Source of the DNA: Actinomycetota bacterium
GTDB taxonomy: Bacteria > Actinomycetota > Coriobacteriia > Anaerosomatales > UBA912
Length of the DNA stretch: 64,000 bases
Reading direction: 5' to 3'
NCBI GenBank assembly: GCA_023488435.1
Contig: JAMDCK010000059.1
Coordinates: forward strand, 9,910 to 73,909
Positions 18,001 to 26,461 of this stretch are shown piece by piece (position 1 is the first letter of the stretch; each line of letters opens with the position of its first letter). The position numbers and the translations under genes are program-made. Under the pieces are notes generated by a model, which saw only the letters and a program-made list of their open reading frames with translations, was not told the origin of the DNA and searched no databases.

Positions 18001-18071
18001 TGAGTTGGCCCGTAGCTTCGATTCTAGTCGTCGGGCTACTGTTGCTGGCGTTGGTGCTCGCGCTTCTGTAA
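15036..18071 (+). CDS. Fused double antiporter-like subunit (two tandem MrpD/NuoL-M-N-type modules in one 1011-aa protein)
   Basis: The N-terminal half has a complete core (LFPAHGWLPAAMVAPAPVSALLHAVAVVKAG; KRLAYSTIGQLSYM). The C-terminal half (about aa 520 onward) has a second, more divergent core (GVHAWMPSAYDSAAPGVGAALAGV; RRVLAYSSMSQFG; VHHGFAKAALF). ATGA overlap with mnhD. Confidence 0.75.
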   Translation: MSLVQIALLTAVLAPWFSAVVIFLLGEKRHQARFAVGIIGSAVTTGAAGFLGVHLAQGGAAATLGVPLLGLTFGLTVDRLGVTFALLAATLWFVTTFFATGYMAHLKDKARFFGFFAICVGSAVGIAFSSNLLSLFIFYEALTLATYPLVAHKGSQAAIKGGRTYLTYALTGGAVLLVGVVWLHALGGGAFVSSGSIPEGLLGTHSVQLTVIFAMLIAGFGVKAALFPAHGWLPAAMVAPAPVSALLHAVAVVKAGVFGIARVILDVFGIEAASLLGVLDPLALLAGFTIIYASVKALKQDDIKKRLAYSTIGQLSYMVLGLAIGTPIAIAAALAHLVHHAFLKITMFFTAGVLAEEVKITRVSEMDGVGRRMPLTMLAFSLAALGIIGIPPIAGFVSKWGLGLGALEDGLVWPLAVLGVSSVLNAIYLLPMIGRAWFGAPKPEWMNLAKQGYKRFEGERLLVLPLLVTACLGALMGPLAFLELSPTRWASMVSDASSVMSVPWRAEPFHLDFTGTLFLVLAGVVWLVSALSAWRAEGHHKWRFRIFLLMAASGSIGVAFAHDPAMFYTFYAMMALSAYGLITHSNRAQNRRAGRIYMSYTVFGEALLLAALMIGSFGTDTFTAVLIDSLWRDIGIGLLLVAFGIKIGAIGVHAWMPSAYDSAAPGVGAALAGVASSAGIIGLVRFLPGGVIDLPGWGSVAIVAGLIVAMFAALVGCTQVRPRRVLAYSSMSQFGIMAVGIGAGLASSEVWPIAVTAVAIYVVHHGFAKAALFASDESVAHAATKRWALPIIAFAGLTLAGMPFTSGAIAKLALKDTLVALPGQWETFLGVMLSVSAVGTTLLMARFLHLSWKGSSDQAIRSDTPSGLGIISMAVLALFTGMFLWIMPDQVIQAAAEKALGFYGAADLALPILIGVVAFALVMAYSVRRTDIRSLVRFPIVDPWVRLTEIVDSFLLIRKPEVAEARAEPVDDGPMTALHRATLAESYLLSWPVASILVVGLLLLALVLALL

Positions 18072-18104
18072 CCATTCTGGCCGAGAGAGCTGAGCGGTAG
18101 GGAA

Positions 18105-19365
18105 TCAAACCTCTGACTTGCCGATCCTGTCCCTACCATCCTGTTTTGCCTGGTAGAGAGCCTGGTCCGCACGTTCGAGAAGGAATTCAGGCTCAGCGTC
18201 CGATTCAGCAATGGTGGCGACTCCAGCACTGGCGGTAGTCCGAAGCGGCGCTCCTTCATGCGTCAAGTGGTCCGACCTGAATGCGTGGAGAACCCTCTCG
18301 GCTAAAGACGATGCCGCTTCAAGGTCACTGTTTGGGGCAACAAGAAGGAATTCCTCACCGCCGATCCTGCCGAGGAGGTCGTAGGGTCGGATGACCGAGC
18401 TCGCCCTTTCGGCAAAGTGGCGCAGTACTCTATCTCCGACAAGATGCCCGTGAGTGTCGTTGACCGACTTGAAATGGTCTAGGTCGAACTCAACAATACT
18501 GAGATGACCTCCGGAGCGCTTGGATCGTTCGAATTCCTCGTTGAGCCTAGCCAGTGTCATTTGGCGATTCGCAAGGCCGGTCAACTGGTCAATCGTTGCA
18601 GCTCGCCGAAGGTCCTTGTTGACGGTTTGCAGCTCAGCCATCAACCGTCTCATCATTGTCCGCACAACAAGCAAGGTTGCCCCGGTGGTCGCTAGCCAGG
18701 CGAGAAGCAGCAACAACGTTAGATTCCGCAGTGTCAGCTGCAGCGGCTCGGCGGGCATAGCGATGCTGAAAGCGCCGATATATCGGCTGTTGCCCGTTTC
18801 AGTCGGCGGCGTAGTGTGACAATCAAGGCAGGATCGCTGTGCGGAAAGCGGGGTAACGAATCGGTACTCTTGGCCTGCCGCGGCACCGATCGACAAAAGA
18901 CTCGACCCACTCTTCACCACGATCGATGTCCTCCAGGGCTGTACTTTCCCATGCATCGGGGTAATTATCCGGATTTATCGGAGTGTTGCTGATCAGCCGG
19001 AACCGGACACTGTCGTTCCCGGTACTGAGGTCCGCTATCTCGCCTATCATGGTGTAAGGGTCTACGAGTACAAGAGCCTGGCCATCGACCGTTCGGGTCA
19101 CGTCGCTGATGCCTCGAGCCCTAAGGTAGCGACTTTCCTCTGAATCGTACCTCCCAGAAACCCATGCGCCCTTGTTTTCGCTGTTCCACTCGCGCACAGT
19201 CAGAACGAGATCCATATAGGTTTGCGCTTTGGCTCTTATAGATTCTAGATGGGCGTTACGTGCAAAGTGCCACACTCCGACATACAATAAGAGTGTCGAC
19301 ACAGTGATGAATACCACTAGGCGACGGTGGAATATCTTGAGATCACGGTCTTCTTCTCGCAGCAC
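18105..19365 (-). pseudogene. Heme-sensor (DUF3365-like, CXXCH) diguanylate cyclase (GGDEF) interrupted by a 1-nt frameshift
   Basis: ORF 18823..19365 carries a TM plus the first part of a DUF3365-like domain (...NPDNYPDAWESTALEDIDRGEEWVESFV). ORF 18105..18956 continues in another frame: GAAAGQEYRFVTPLSAQRSCLDCH, a TM, a coiled coil and GGDEF (RIGGEEF, with the I-site RPYD five residues upstream). The two frames overlap at 18823..18956, and the switch must lie at roughly 18860..18900. Confidence 0.6.
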
Positions 19366-19518
19366 AGGCGTCCTCGTTTGACGAAGTATACGTTTCTATA
19401 GACCATCCCGTATTGCCACACTGTCAGCATAGCAGGTCATGTGCCACTGTTGGTATGTGAGCAGCCCGTCCGGACCGTAGTCAGATAGTCAGTCCGCCTA
19501 TGTCGAAAGGGGTTGAAC

Positions 19519-19848
19519 ATGAAGAGCAACCGACTCTCTAATCTTTTGTTTGTGGGACTACTCCTAGCCTTCGCTCTATTTGCCGCAGGATGCGCCGCTC
19601 AAGAATCCGACGGACAAGGACAATCGACGGGTGGGGCGTATGCGCCTGATCCGATGCCTGAGGATCCGAACAGCCCCCAAGCTTTGACTGACCGGAGATG
19701 TTCGATGTGTCACTCTCTCGATCGGGTGTATGAGGCGGATTTCGATCGCGCCGGGTGGCAAGAGACCATGGAGAGGATGCAATCACTAGGACTGGTGGTC
19801 ACTGACGAAGAGTTCCAGGTCATATTGGACTTCCTGGCAGAGAGATAG
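19519..19848 (+). CDS. Small c-type cytochrome lipoprotein (single CXXCH)
   Basis: It has a signal peptide with lipobox (LFAAGC) and one heme-c motif (CSMCH). The mature protein is about 85 aa. The start ATG 19519 follows AAAGGGG. Confidence 0.6.
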   Translation: MKSNRLSNLLFVGLLLAFALFAAGCAAQESDGQGQSTGGAYAPDPMPEDPNSPQALTDRRCSMCHSLDRVYEADFDRAGWQETMERMQSLGLVVTDEEFQVILDFLAER

Positions 19849-19853
19849 CTACA

Positions 19854-20777
19854 TCAGGGCACCAGGAAATACTTGTCCGAAACAAGTAAAAGGGCGTTTT
19901 CAGGCAGCACGCGAGCTTCGAAGGGCGTGGAAGAGGCCAACAGTTCACCATCGAACTGAACGGGAAGCGCAGGGTCTGCTTCAATGCGGACATGCGACGC
20001 TACGTACGTTTCCACCCCCGCTGTTCGGTCTGCATGCTGACCTGTGGTCCGGTCTATGATTGCCGCCCAAACCGCAGGTATCAACTCGAAAGCGTTGCGA
20101 GTGCGCAGCACGATGACTTCGAATAGCCCATCTCGGGGGTCGCTGGCGTGGATGAGCGGAAGATCGAACTGCAGTCTGGCAACGTTTGCGACCAACACGG
20201 CGATCCCTTCGGTCTCAACGGTCTTGCCATCCAGGGTGAGCCGGAACTTGGAAATGGTAGGCATCAGATTTGCCAGCGCACCAACGAGGTATGCGGAAAC
20301 CCCGATGGAAGGCTTCAGCTCCTGAGCGGCTAGCATTATTGATGCATCGAAGCCTGCTCCTGCGGCAATCATGAAACCTTCCGTCCGTCTTTCGGGCGTT
20401 CCGACTTCTCCAACGGAAAGCTCGCAAATATCGATAGGGGTGGTTTCATTGCCAAGAGTGATGGCAGCCAACTCCCGCGGATCGTAGGGCATACGCAAAT
20501 TCATGGCGAGTAGATTTGCGGTTCCCGCTGGATACGCGAGTACTGGAGCTCCGGTCCCTCTCATTGCGTAGCAAACACCGGTCACCGTGCCGTCACCGCC
20601 GCAGGCGATGACCCGATCGAATTGGGAAGCATCCCTAGTCACTTCGCGTAGGGACGTGCCGCCGTGGAGATAACGAACCACGGTCTCGCTGCCAGACTTC
20701 CCAATCGCGCGGATGCACTCGTAGATACTTATGTCACTTTGTCCGGCGCGGTCGTTTATTATGCATAGTATGCGCAT
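19854..20777 (-). CDS. Diacylglycerol-kinase-family lipid kinase (YegS/DagK-like)
   Basis: 307 aa with the DAGK catalytic-domain motifs (MRILCIINDRAG ... IACGGDGTV ... PAGTANLLA). Confidence 0.8.
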   Translation of the reverse strand: MRILCIINDRAGQSDISIYECIRAIGKSGSETVVRYLHGGTSLREVTRDASQFDRVIACGGDGTVTGVCYAMRGTGAPVLAYPAGTANLLAMNLRMPYDPRELAAITLGNETTPIDICELSVGEVGTPERRTEGFMIAAGAGFDASIMLAAQELKPSIGVSAYLVGALANLMPTISKFRLTLDGKTVETEGIAVLVANVARLQFDLPLIHASDPRDGLFEVIVLRTRNAFELIPAVWAAIIDRTTGQHADRTAGVETYVASHVRIEADPALPVQFDGELLASSTPFEARVLPENALLLVSDKYFLVP

Positions 20778-20897
20778 CTGGTTCTCCGATCGCGGAGGCG
20801 TGCTTTGCTATTGCTCGTCAACCAACAGAACGATGGCGATGAAGGCTCATAGTGTGTCACCGTATCATGTTAGCCCAAACCTATCAGGGGAGTCAGT

Positions 20898-22085
20898 GTG
20901 TACATAGCAGACGCTCGAACGCTGGAAAACTTTTGTAGCCGATTGATCGGCGCCAAAGTACTAGCCATCGATACAGAATTCATGCGTGAGCGCACCTATT
21001 ACGCCAAGCTGTGTTTGATGCAGATAGCTGCAGAGGACGAGGTCGCCCTCGTCGATCCCTTCGTCGTAGATGACCTGAGCCCACTGGTTTCCTTACTGGC
21101 CGACCATCGGGTACAAAAGGTGGTTCACTCTGGCCAGCAGGACTTAGAGATACTCTTTCAGACAACCGGAGCCGTCACCAGACCGATATTCGATACGCAG
21201 GTTGCCGCGACCATCGTCGGCTTCGACAGCCAAATGAGCTACCAGAGCCTCGTCTCTCAGGTTCTTGGCGTCAACCTGGACAAGTCGAGTACTTATACCG
21301 ATTGGGCCCGACGACCCTTAAGTGACGCGCAAATCGAGTATGCACTCAATGATGTGAGATATCTTCCCCGTCTCTATTCAATGCTCCACGCTAAGCTGAC
21401 CTCTACAGGTCGCCTAGAATGGCTCTCGGCTGATTTTGAACGTTTGTCAGACCCCTCGGCTTTCACCGTCGATCCAGATTCGATGTGGCGGCGGGTCAAA
21501 CGCGCATCCTCCCTCAGCCGCAGGGCCCTTGGTGTCTTGCAGAAGGTGACGGCATGGCGAGAGGTTGAAGCTCAGCGCCGGGACATCCCCAGGCGGTGGC
21601 TGTTGGGAGACGAGACTCTGGTGGAGATTGCACGCCATGCCCCTCAAGATGCTCATGCACTGGACGAGATCAGGGGAGTGGACAGCAAGCTATCCAATAC
21701 TGCACGAGATGCACTTCTGGCGGCGGTCTCGGCGGGACTCCAGCTCCCAGACTCCGACTTGCCTTCGTTTCCTAAACGCCGAAAAACTCCAGCAGAGGCA
21801 GACGGCGTGGCAGACCTAATGGCTGCACTGATCCGGGTTCGCGCCAAACAGCATGGCGTAGCACAGCCGGTCCTGGCCACTCGTGAAGATATCGAATCCC
21901 TGGCTGCTGGCGGCCGAGATGGGTCCCCGTTGCTGGAAGGATGGCGGCGTCGTCTTGTGGGAGATGATCTGCTTCGCTTGCTAGAGGGGAAGCTGTCGCT
22001 ATCGGTTGTCGACGATAGGCTTTGCATGACGCGTACATACGAGGACGTCATTGGGGATATAGAGGATGGCACACATCTCGCTTGA
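20898..22085 (+). CDS. rnd: Ribonuclease D (DEDD 3'-5' exonuclease plus HRDC)
   Basis: DEDD motifs are present (LAIDTEF; HSGQQDLE; YALNDVRYL), followed by an HRDC-like region. GTG start. Confidence 0.8.
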   Translation: MYIADARTLENFCSRLIGAKVLAIDTEFMRERTYYAKLCLMQIAAEDEVALVDPFVVDDLSPLVSLLADHRVQKVVHSGQQDLEILFQTTGAVTRPIFDTQVAATIVGFDSQMSYQSLVSQVLGVNLDKSSTYTDWARRPLSDAQIEYALNDVRYLPRLYSMLHAKLTSTGRLEWLSADFERLSDPSAFTVDPDSMWRRVKRASSLSRRALGVLQKVTAWREVEAQRRDIPRRWLLGDETLVEIARHAPQDAHALDEIRGVDSKLSNTARDALLAAVSAGLQLPDSDLPSFPKRRKTPAEADGVADLMAALIRVRAKQHGVAQPVLATREDIESLAAGGRDGSPLLEGWRRRLVGDDLLRLLEGKLSLSVVDDRLCMTRTYEDVIGDIEDGTHLA

Positions 22086-22143
22086 TAGGCTGGAAATCGA
22101 TCAGACCGACAATACTTAGAGAATTCGGGAAAGGGCACTCCAG

Positions 22144-22806
22144 ATGAGTTGGATGTTACTGATGATCGTTGCTATAGCATTGGGTGGGCTTACTCAGCTA
22201 TGGGTGAAGCGATCCTTCAAGCGTTATAGCCAGGTTCCCTTGGCAACAGGTCAGACTGGTGCACAGGTAGCCAGACATATGCTCAATGCCGAGGGGCTCC
22301 ACAATGTGGCAATTGAACGTGTGGCCGGAGACCTCACCGATCACTACGATCCCCGTACAAAGGTCATTCGACTGTCGGCAGCCGTTCACGACGGAACCAC
22401 AGTCGCCGCAGCAGGTGTTGCCGCTCACGAGGCTGGTCATGCCGTTCAGGATGCGAGGGCGTTCGCTTTCGCTAGGATTCGCTCGGCACTCGTTCCAACC
22501 GCACAGCTAGGCTCTTCCTTGGCGATGCCTTTGGTGTTCGGCGGTATCATTCTCAACTTCGCAGACCTCATAATGTTGGGAGTGATCGTATTCGCGGCGG
22601 CAGTTCTATTCCAGTTGGTCACACTCCCCGTGGAGTTCGATGCCTCACGTAGGGCTTTGGTCGCCCTGTCCACAGGCAACATGCTACCAGCCGACCAGGT
22701 TAGCGGTGCTCGGACGGTGCTGACCGCAGCCGCGCTTACTTATCTAGCGGCAACATTAGTGGCAGTCCTTCAGCTTCTGTACTTCTTGAGCTTGGCCCGA
22801 CGCTAG
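22144..22806 (+). CDS. Membrane zinc metallopeptidase (Zn_peptidase_2 family)
   Basis: It has an N-terminal TM, the HEAGHAVQD zinc motif and C-terminal TMs. The length and layout are typical of this family. Confidence 0.75.
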   Translation: MSWMLLMIVAIALGGLTQLWVKRSFKRYSQVPLATGQTGAQVARHMLNAEGLHNVAIERVAGDLTDHYDPRTKVIRLSAAVHDGTTVAAAGVAAHEAGHAVQDARAFAFARIRSALVPTAQLGSSLAMPLVFGGIILNFADLIMLGVIVFAAAVLFQLVTLPVEFDASRRALVALSTGNMLPADQVSGARTVLTAAALTYLAATLVAVLQLLYFLSLARR

Positions 22807-22861
22807 GACAAGGCCGACAACTCGGGGCTCGTATGCGACAATACATTCGTCGGTTGACCTA

Positions 22862-24151
22862 GTGGGTCGTGTTCAGGGAGGGTCTGTGTCGCAGAGAGCG
22901 CCAGTGTCAGTCAGTGAGGCCCTGACGCAGGCGCGGCGTTCCCTGGAGGCCATTCGACTTCGGGTTATTGGAGAAGTCTCTGATCTCGCCGATAAGGCCG
23001 GCTATAAGGCGGTTTACTTCTCCATTCGTGACAAAGAGAGCACCATGCCGTGCTTGATGTGGTGCGACCCATACCGTGCATGCGGTATACAACTTCGCAG
23101 CGGAATGCTCGTGGTCCTCGATGGCAACTTTTCGGCGTATGTGCCAAAAGGGCGCCTTCAGTTCGTTGTTTCTCGAATCACGCCGGCTGGCGAAGGGGAG
23201 CTTCGGCTTAGGGTCGCTGAAAGAGCCAGGATGCTTCAGGCAGAGGGACTCATGGATCCCGCACGCAAGCGCCCCGTGCCGACCTTCCCAAAGAGGATCG
23301 CACTCGTCACGTCACCTCGAGGCAAGGCCGTCCACGATGTCATTCGCACCCTTCAAAGGCGCTATCCTGTCGCCGAACTCCTGATTGCCGGAATAAATGT
23401 CGAAGGGCCGCACGCGGTGACCTCGATCGTCACCGGTCTGACAGAGGCCATCCGATCCAAGCCTGACGTCATTCTTCTGGTTCGAGGCGGAGGGAGCTAC
23501 GAGGATTTGCTCCCATTCAGCGAAGAGGTCGTGGTCAGAGCGGTAGCTACATCTCCGGTGCCGATCGTTACTGGGATCGGACATGAGCCTGATACGTCGA
23601 TTGCAGACATGGTTGCAGATGTCTCGGCATCTACCCCTACAGCCGCGGCCGAGGCCGTCTCTCCGTCCACCGAGGAGATATCCCGCTTGATGCTGAAGAA
23701 GACCCGCATGCTGTCTAGGGCATTGACCCATGGCGTAGACCGCGCTGGGCACAGAGTACAGATGCTGAAGCAAAGGACGCCTTTCCGCGACCCCATGAGC
23801 CTGCTTGCGCACCACCTACTCAAAGCGGATTCGCTGCAAGCCAGCCTGGCCCAAGCCTTGCCGAGGGGACTCGAGGCCAAGGAGGCAGCGTTTCTCCGGG
23901 TCCAAGATAGACTGCTTCACGTTGGGGCATTCGTCACTATGATTCCAGCAAGCCGATTGGAGAGTGCGGTTGCTAGGTTGCATGACCTTTCGCCATTAGC
24001 TACCCTCGGAAGAGGATACTCCGTGTGTACATCATCGGCCACTGGTCGTCTTATACGTTCAGTCGAAGATGTCGACAGCGGACAAGAGGTTCTGGTACGA
24101 GTAACGGATGGTCAGATGAGATGTATGGTGGATGATGTCGAAAGGGCCTGA
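22862..24151 (+). CDS. xseA: Exodeoxyribonuclease VII large subunit
   Basis: 429 aa. It has an N-terminal OB-fold region (RLRVIGEVSDL...AVYFSIRDKES), a central catalytic region (IALVTSPRGKAVHDV ... RGGGSYEDL ... TGIGHEPD), and a TGATG overlap with xseB. Confidence 0.85.
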   Translation: MGRVQGGSVSQRAPVSVSEALTQARRSLEAIRLRVIGEVSDLADKAGYKAVYFSIRDKESTMPCLMWCDPYRACGIQLRSGMLVVLDGNFSAYVPKGRLQFVVSRITPAGEGELRLRVAERARMLQAEGLMDPARKRPVPTFPKRIALVTSPRGKAVHDVIRTLQRRYPVAELLIAGINVEGPHAVTSIVTGLTEAIRSKPDVILLVRGGGSYEDLLPFSEEVVVRAVATSPVPIVTGIGHEPDTSIADMVADVSASTPTAAAEAVSPSTEEISRLMLKKTRMLSRALTHGVDRAGHRVQMLKQRTPFRDPMSLLAHHLLKADSLQASLAQALPRGLEAKEAAFLRVQDRLLHVGAFVTMIPASRLESAVARLHDLSPLATLGRGYSVCTSSATGRLIRSVEDVDSGQEVLVRVTDGQMRCMVDDVERA

Positions 24152-24402
24152 TGTTGCAACCAAATGATGAAGTTCAGGGCTTGACCTTTGGTGAAGCAAT
24201 CAGCGAGATCGAAACAATAGTCGCCGCACTGGAGAGTGGTCGGCTCGAGCTCGAAGAAAGTTTAGAACGTTACGAGAGGGGGGTGGCTCTCGTGCGCTTC
24301 GTCCAGACAAGTCTCTCGCAGGCCCAACAACGCGTGACGATGCTTGTCGGAGAACTGGAGTCGGAAGCAGAGGGCGATTTGACTTCAGGCCCATCCGAGT
24401 AA
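24151..24402 (+). CDS. xseB: Exodeoxyribonuclease VII small subunit
   Basis: 83 aa. The helical-hairpin sequence (FGEAISEIETIVAALESGRLELEESLERYERGVAL) is typical of XseB. Confidence 0.85.
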   Translation: MLQPNDEVQGLTFGEAISEIETIVAALESGRLELEESLERYERGVALVRFVQTSLSQAQQRVTMLVGELESEAEGDLTSGPSE

Positions 24403-24456
24403 TATGTAGCCACTGCCACCATTATTCGCTGGTACGACTAGTCGAGGAGAGTAGCG

Positions 24457-24807
24457 ATGACAAACTGTGTATTTTGCATGATCGTCGACGGTGCCATTCC
24501 GTCCAATAAGATATATGAGGATGACGACGTCATCGCTTTTGACGATATCGCCCCTCAGGCACCTACGCACATCCTCGTAATTCCGAAGAAGCACTATGTC
24601 GATCTCAGTGACGATGTACCGCGGGAAGTGTTGTGCAACCTATTTTCGGTGGTCGCAATGGTTGCCAAGCATACAGGGATATCCGAGTCGGGATATCGGG
24701 TTATCATCAACAATGGCAGCGACGCCAATCAGACGGTGGGACATCTACATGCTCACGTCATGGGCGGTCGTAGAATGTCACACGGTATGGTGTGTTTCGA
24801 CGAATAG
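24457..24807 (+). CDS. HIT-family nucleotide hydrolase/transferase
   Basis: It carries CVFCMIV...IYEDDDVIAFDDIAPQAPTHILVIPKKH and the histidine triad HLHAHVMGG. Confidence 0.85.
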   Translation: MTNCVFCMIVDGAIPSNKIYEDDDVIAFDDIAPQAPTHILVIPKKHYVDLSDDVPREVLCNLFSVVAMVAKHTGISESGYRVIINNGSDANQTVGHLHAHVMGGRRMSHGMVCFDE

Positions 24808-24816
24808 CGTGATCGG

Positions 24817-26373
24817 GTGAGCTCAAAGGTACCTGTAACCATCGAACCTGCGAACATCGTGCTAAGCGTTGTTCCTGGGATTACCGTCGCAGAGGCGATC
24901 ATTGCCGCCAAACTTCCATTCGGGCTCCCATGCGGCGGGCGAGGGACCTGCGGTGGATGTGCGGTCAAGGTCATCACCGGCTCTCTGTCTCCACCAGACG
25001 TAGTAGAGCAGGCGAAGCTCGTTCGAGCCCCGCAGGGTATCCGCCTTGCCTGTCGTGCGCGCGTCACAGGTCCGGTGACTTTGCGTCTGCCTTTTGCGCC
25101 CCCGTCATCTCCACGTCCTCTAGCTCACGCACCTGAGGCGTTAGCATCGGTTCTCGCAGTCGATCTTGGAACAACCACCGTAAAGGTGGCTCTGGCATCC
25201 GCTGCTCCTGGAAGTCAGCACATCACGGCTGCAGTGCGTAACCGCCAATCACGGTACGGGGCCGATGTTTTGTCGCGACTTAGCGCAGCGAACGAGGGAC
25301 ACGCCGCCCAATTGCGACTTGATATACAACAGTCGGTTTCCGAGGCTTACCAGTCGCTTTCAGCAAGCGAAAACGGCCTAGCCGATAGGATCCACAGAGT
25401 GGTTGTCGTTGGCAATCCAGTGATGCTTTCGTTGTATTGCGGGCAGAAACCGTCCCACACTGGCTCAAGCCGACCTCCCCAGCCGCTGGTAACCAACAAA
25501 CAATCGGGGCCATCCGAGCTGGGGGTCCAGTGTAATCCCTTTGGTGATAAGGCTGAAACTATTTTCATTCCTGGCGTGGCAGGGCATGTAGGGGGAGACT
25601 TGTTGGCGGGGTTACTGATGTTGGGCCCGACTCTTTCGGAGCCTTTCATATATGTCGACATCGGAACCAACAGTGAAATTGCTGTGCACGACTCCTCACA
25701 CATTCACGTCGCATCGGTTCCGGCCGGCCCTGTGTTCGAAGGAGCGGGGATCTCAAGCGGTGGACCCTTCGGGCCCGGTGCGATCACTAAGGTCGGGCTG
25801 AAGGACGGCAGGATTGAAGTCGACGTCGAAGGTGATGGGGATCCGGACAGATTTTGCGGTTCGGGTCTTATCTCCCTGATCCTCGCTTTGCGGTCCTCCG
25901 GCCACATAGACGAATCCGGCCGAATGTGGGCCAGTGGGCCACTGCGCAGTCATTTCGCCGACGTCGATGGGCAGCCTGTTTTTTCGATTGCGCCCAGCGG
26001 GTTGGGCCCTTGGCTCACTCAATCTGATGTGCGCGCCTTCCAGACCGCCAAGGCTGCAATACTTGCCGCCATCCGCACAATGCTCAGTGCTGCCGACCAT
26101 AAACCCGATCGCTTGATTGTTTCAGGCACATTCGGTGGTGCAGTCTCGGCAGAAGAGCTCCGAGAGCTTGGAGTTGTCCCAGCCGACTTGCGTCAGGTGG
26201 ACGTCATCGCCGATGCGGCGCTCCTCGGAGCAGTGCGGATTGCGCAGGCTCCGCAGACGATTACTCGCCTTGATGCACTGCGGGCGTTGGCCCTGCACCA
26301 CGAACTACCACAGGCCGATGAGTTCACCGCTCAATACATCGCAGCGATGAAGCTGTCTCCGAGTACTGGATGA
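24817..26373 (+). CDS. Plant-type 2Fe-2S ferredoxin domain fused to an ASKHA ATPase domain (DUF4445 / RACo-like corrinoid reductive-activase family)
   Basis: The N-terminus has CGGRGTCGGC...LACRA (2Fe-2S motif). The remainder has ASKHA-like phosphate motifs (LAVDLGTTTVKVAL; YVDIGTNSEIAV; CGSGLISL). GTG start. Confidence 0.6.
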   Translation: MSSKVPVTIEPANIVLSVVPGITVAEAIIAAKLPFGLPCGGRGTCGGCAVKVITGSLSPPDVVEQAKLVRAPQGIRLACRARVTGPVTLRLPFAPPSSPRPLAHAPEALASVLAVDLGTTTVKVALASAAPGSQHITAAVRNRQSRYGADVLSRLSAANEGHAAQLRLDIQQSVSEAYQSLSASENGLADRIHRVVVVGNPVMLSLYCGQKPSHTGSSRPPQPLVTNKQSGPSELGVQCNPFGDKAETIFIPGVAGHVGGDLLAGLLMLGPTLSEPFIYVDIGTNSEIAVHDSSHIHVASVPAGPVFEGAGISSGGPFGPGAITKVGLKDGRIEVDVEGDGDPDRFCGSGLISLILALRSSGHIDESGRMWASGPLRSHFADVDGQPVFSIAPSGLGPWLTQSDVRAFQTAKAAILAAIRTMLSAADHKPDRLIVSGTFGGAVSAEELRELGVVPADLRQVDVIADAALLGAVRIAQAPQTITRLDALRALALHHELPQADEFTAQYIAAMKLSPSTG

Positions 26374-26433
26374 TGGAGCTGCCATGAAGTCATTACCGCA
26401 GATACGGTAATCCACCCTCTGCTCCTTAAACCG

Positions 26434-26461
26434 AAAACCCCGGCCTTCGGGCCAGGGTTTT
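26434..26461 (+). terminator. Rho-independent terminator-like hairpin after the ASKHA gene
   Basis: aaaaccc-cggcc-ttcg-ggcc-a-gggtttt forms an 11-bp GC-rich stem with one mismatch/bulge and a UUCG loop. The 3' arm ends in TTTT. Confidence 0.6.
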
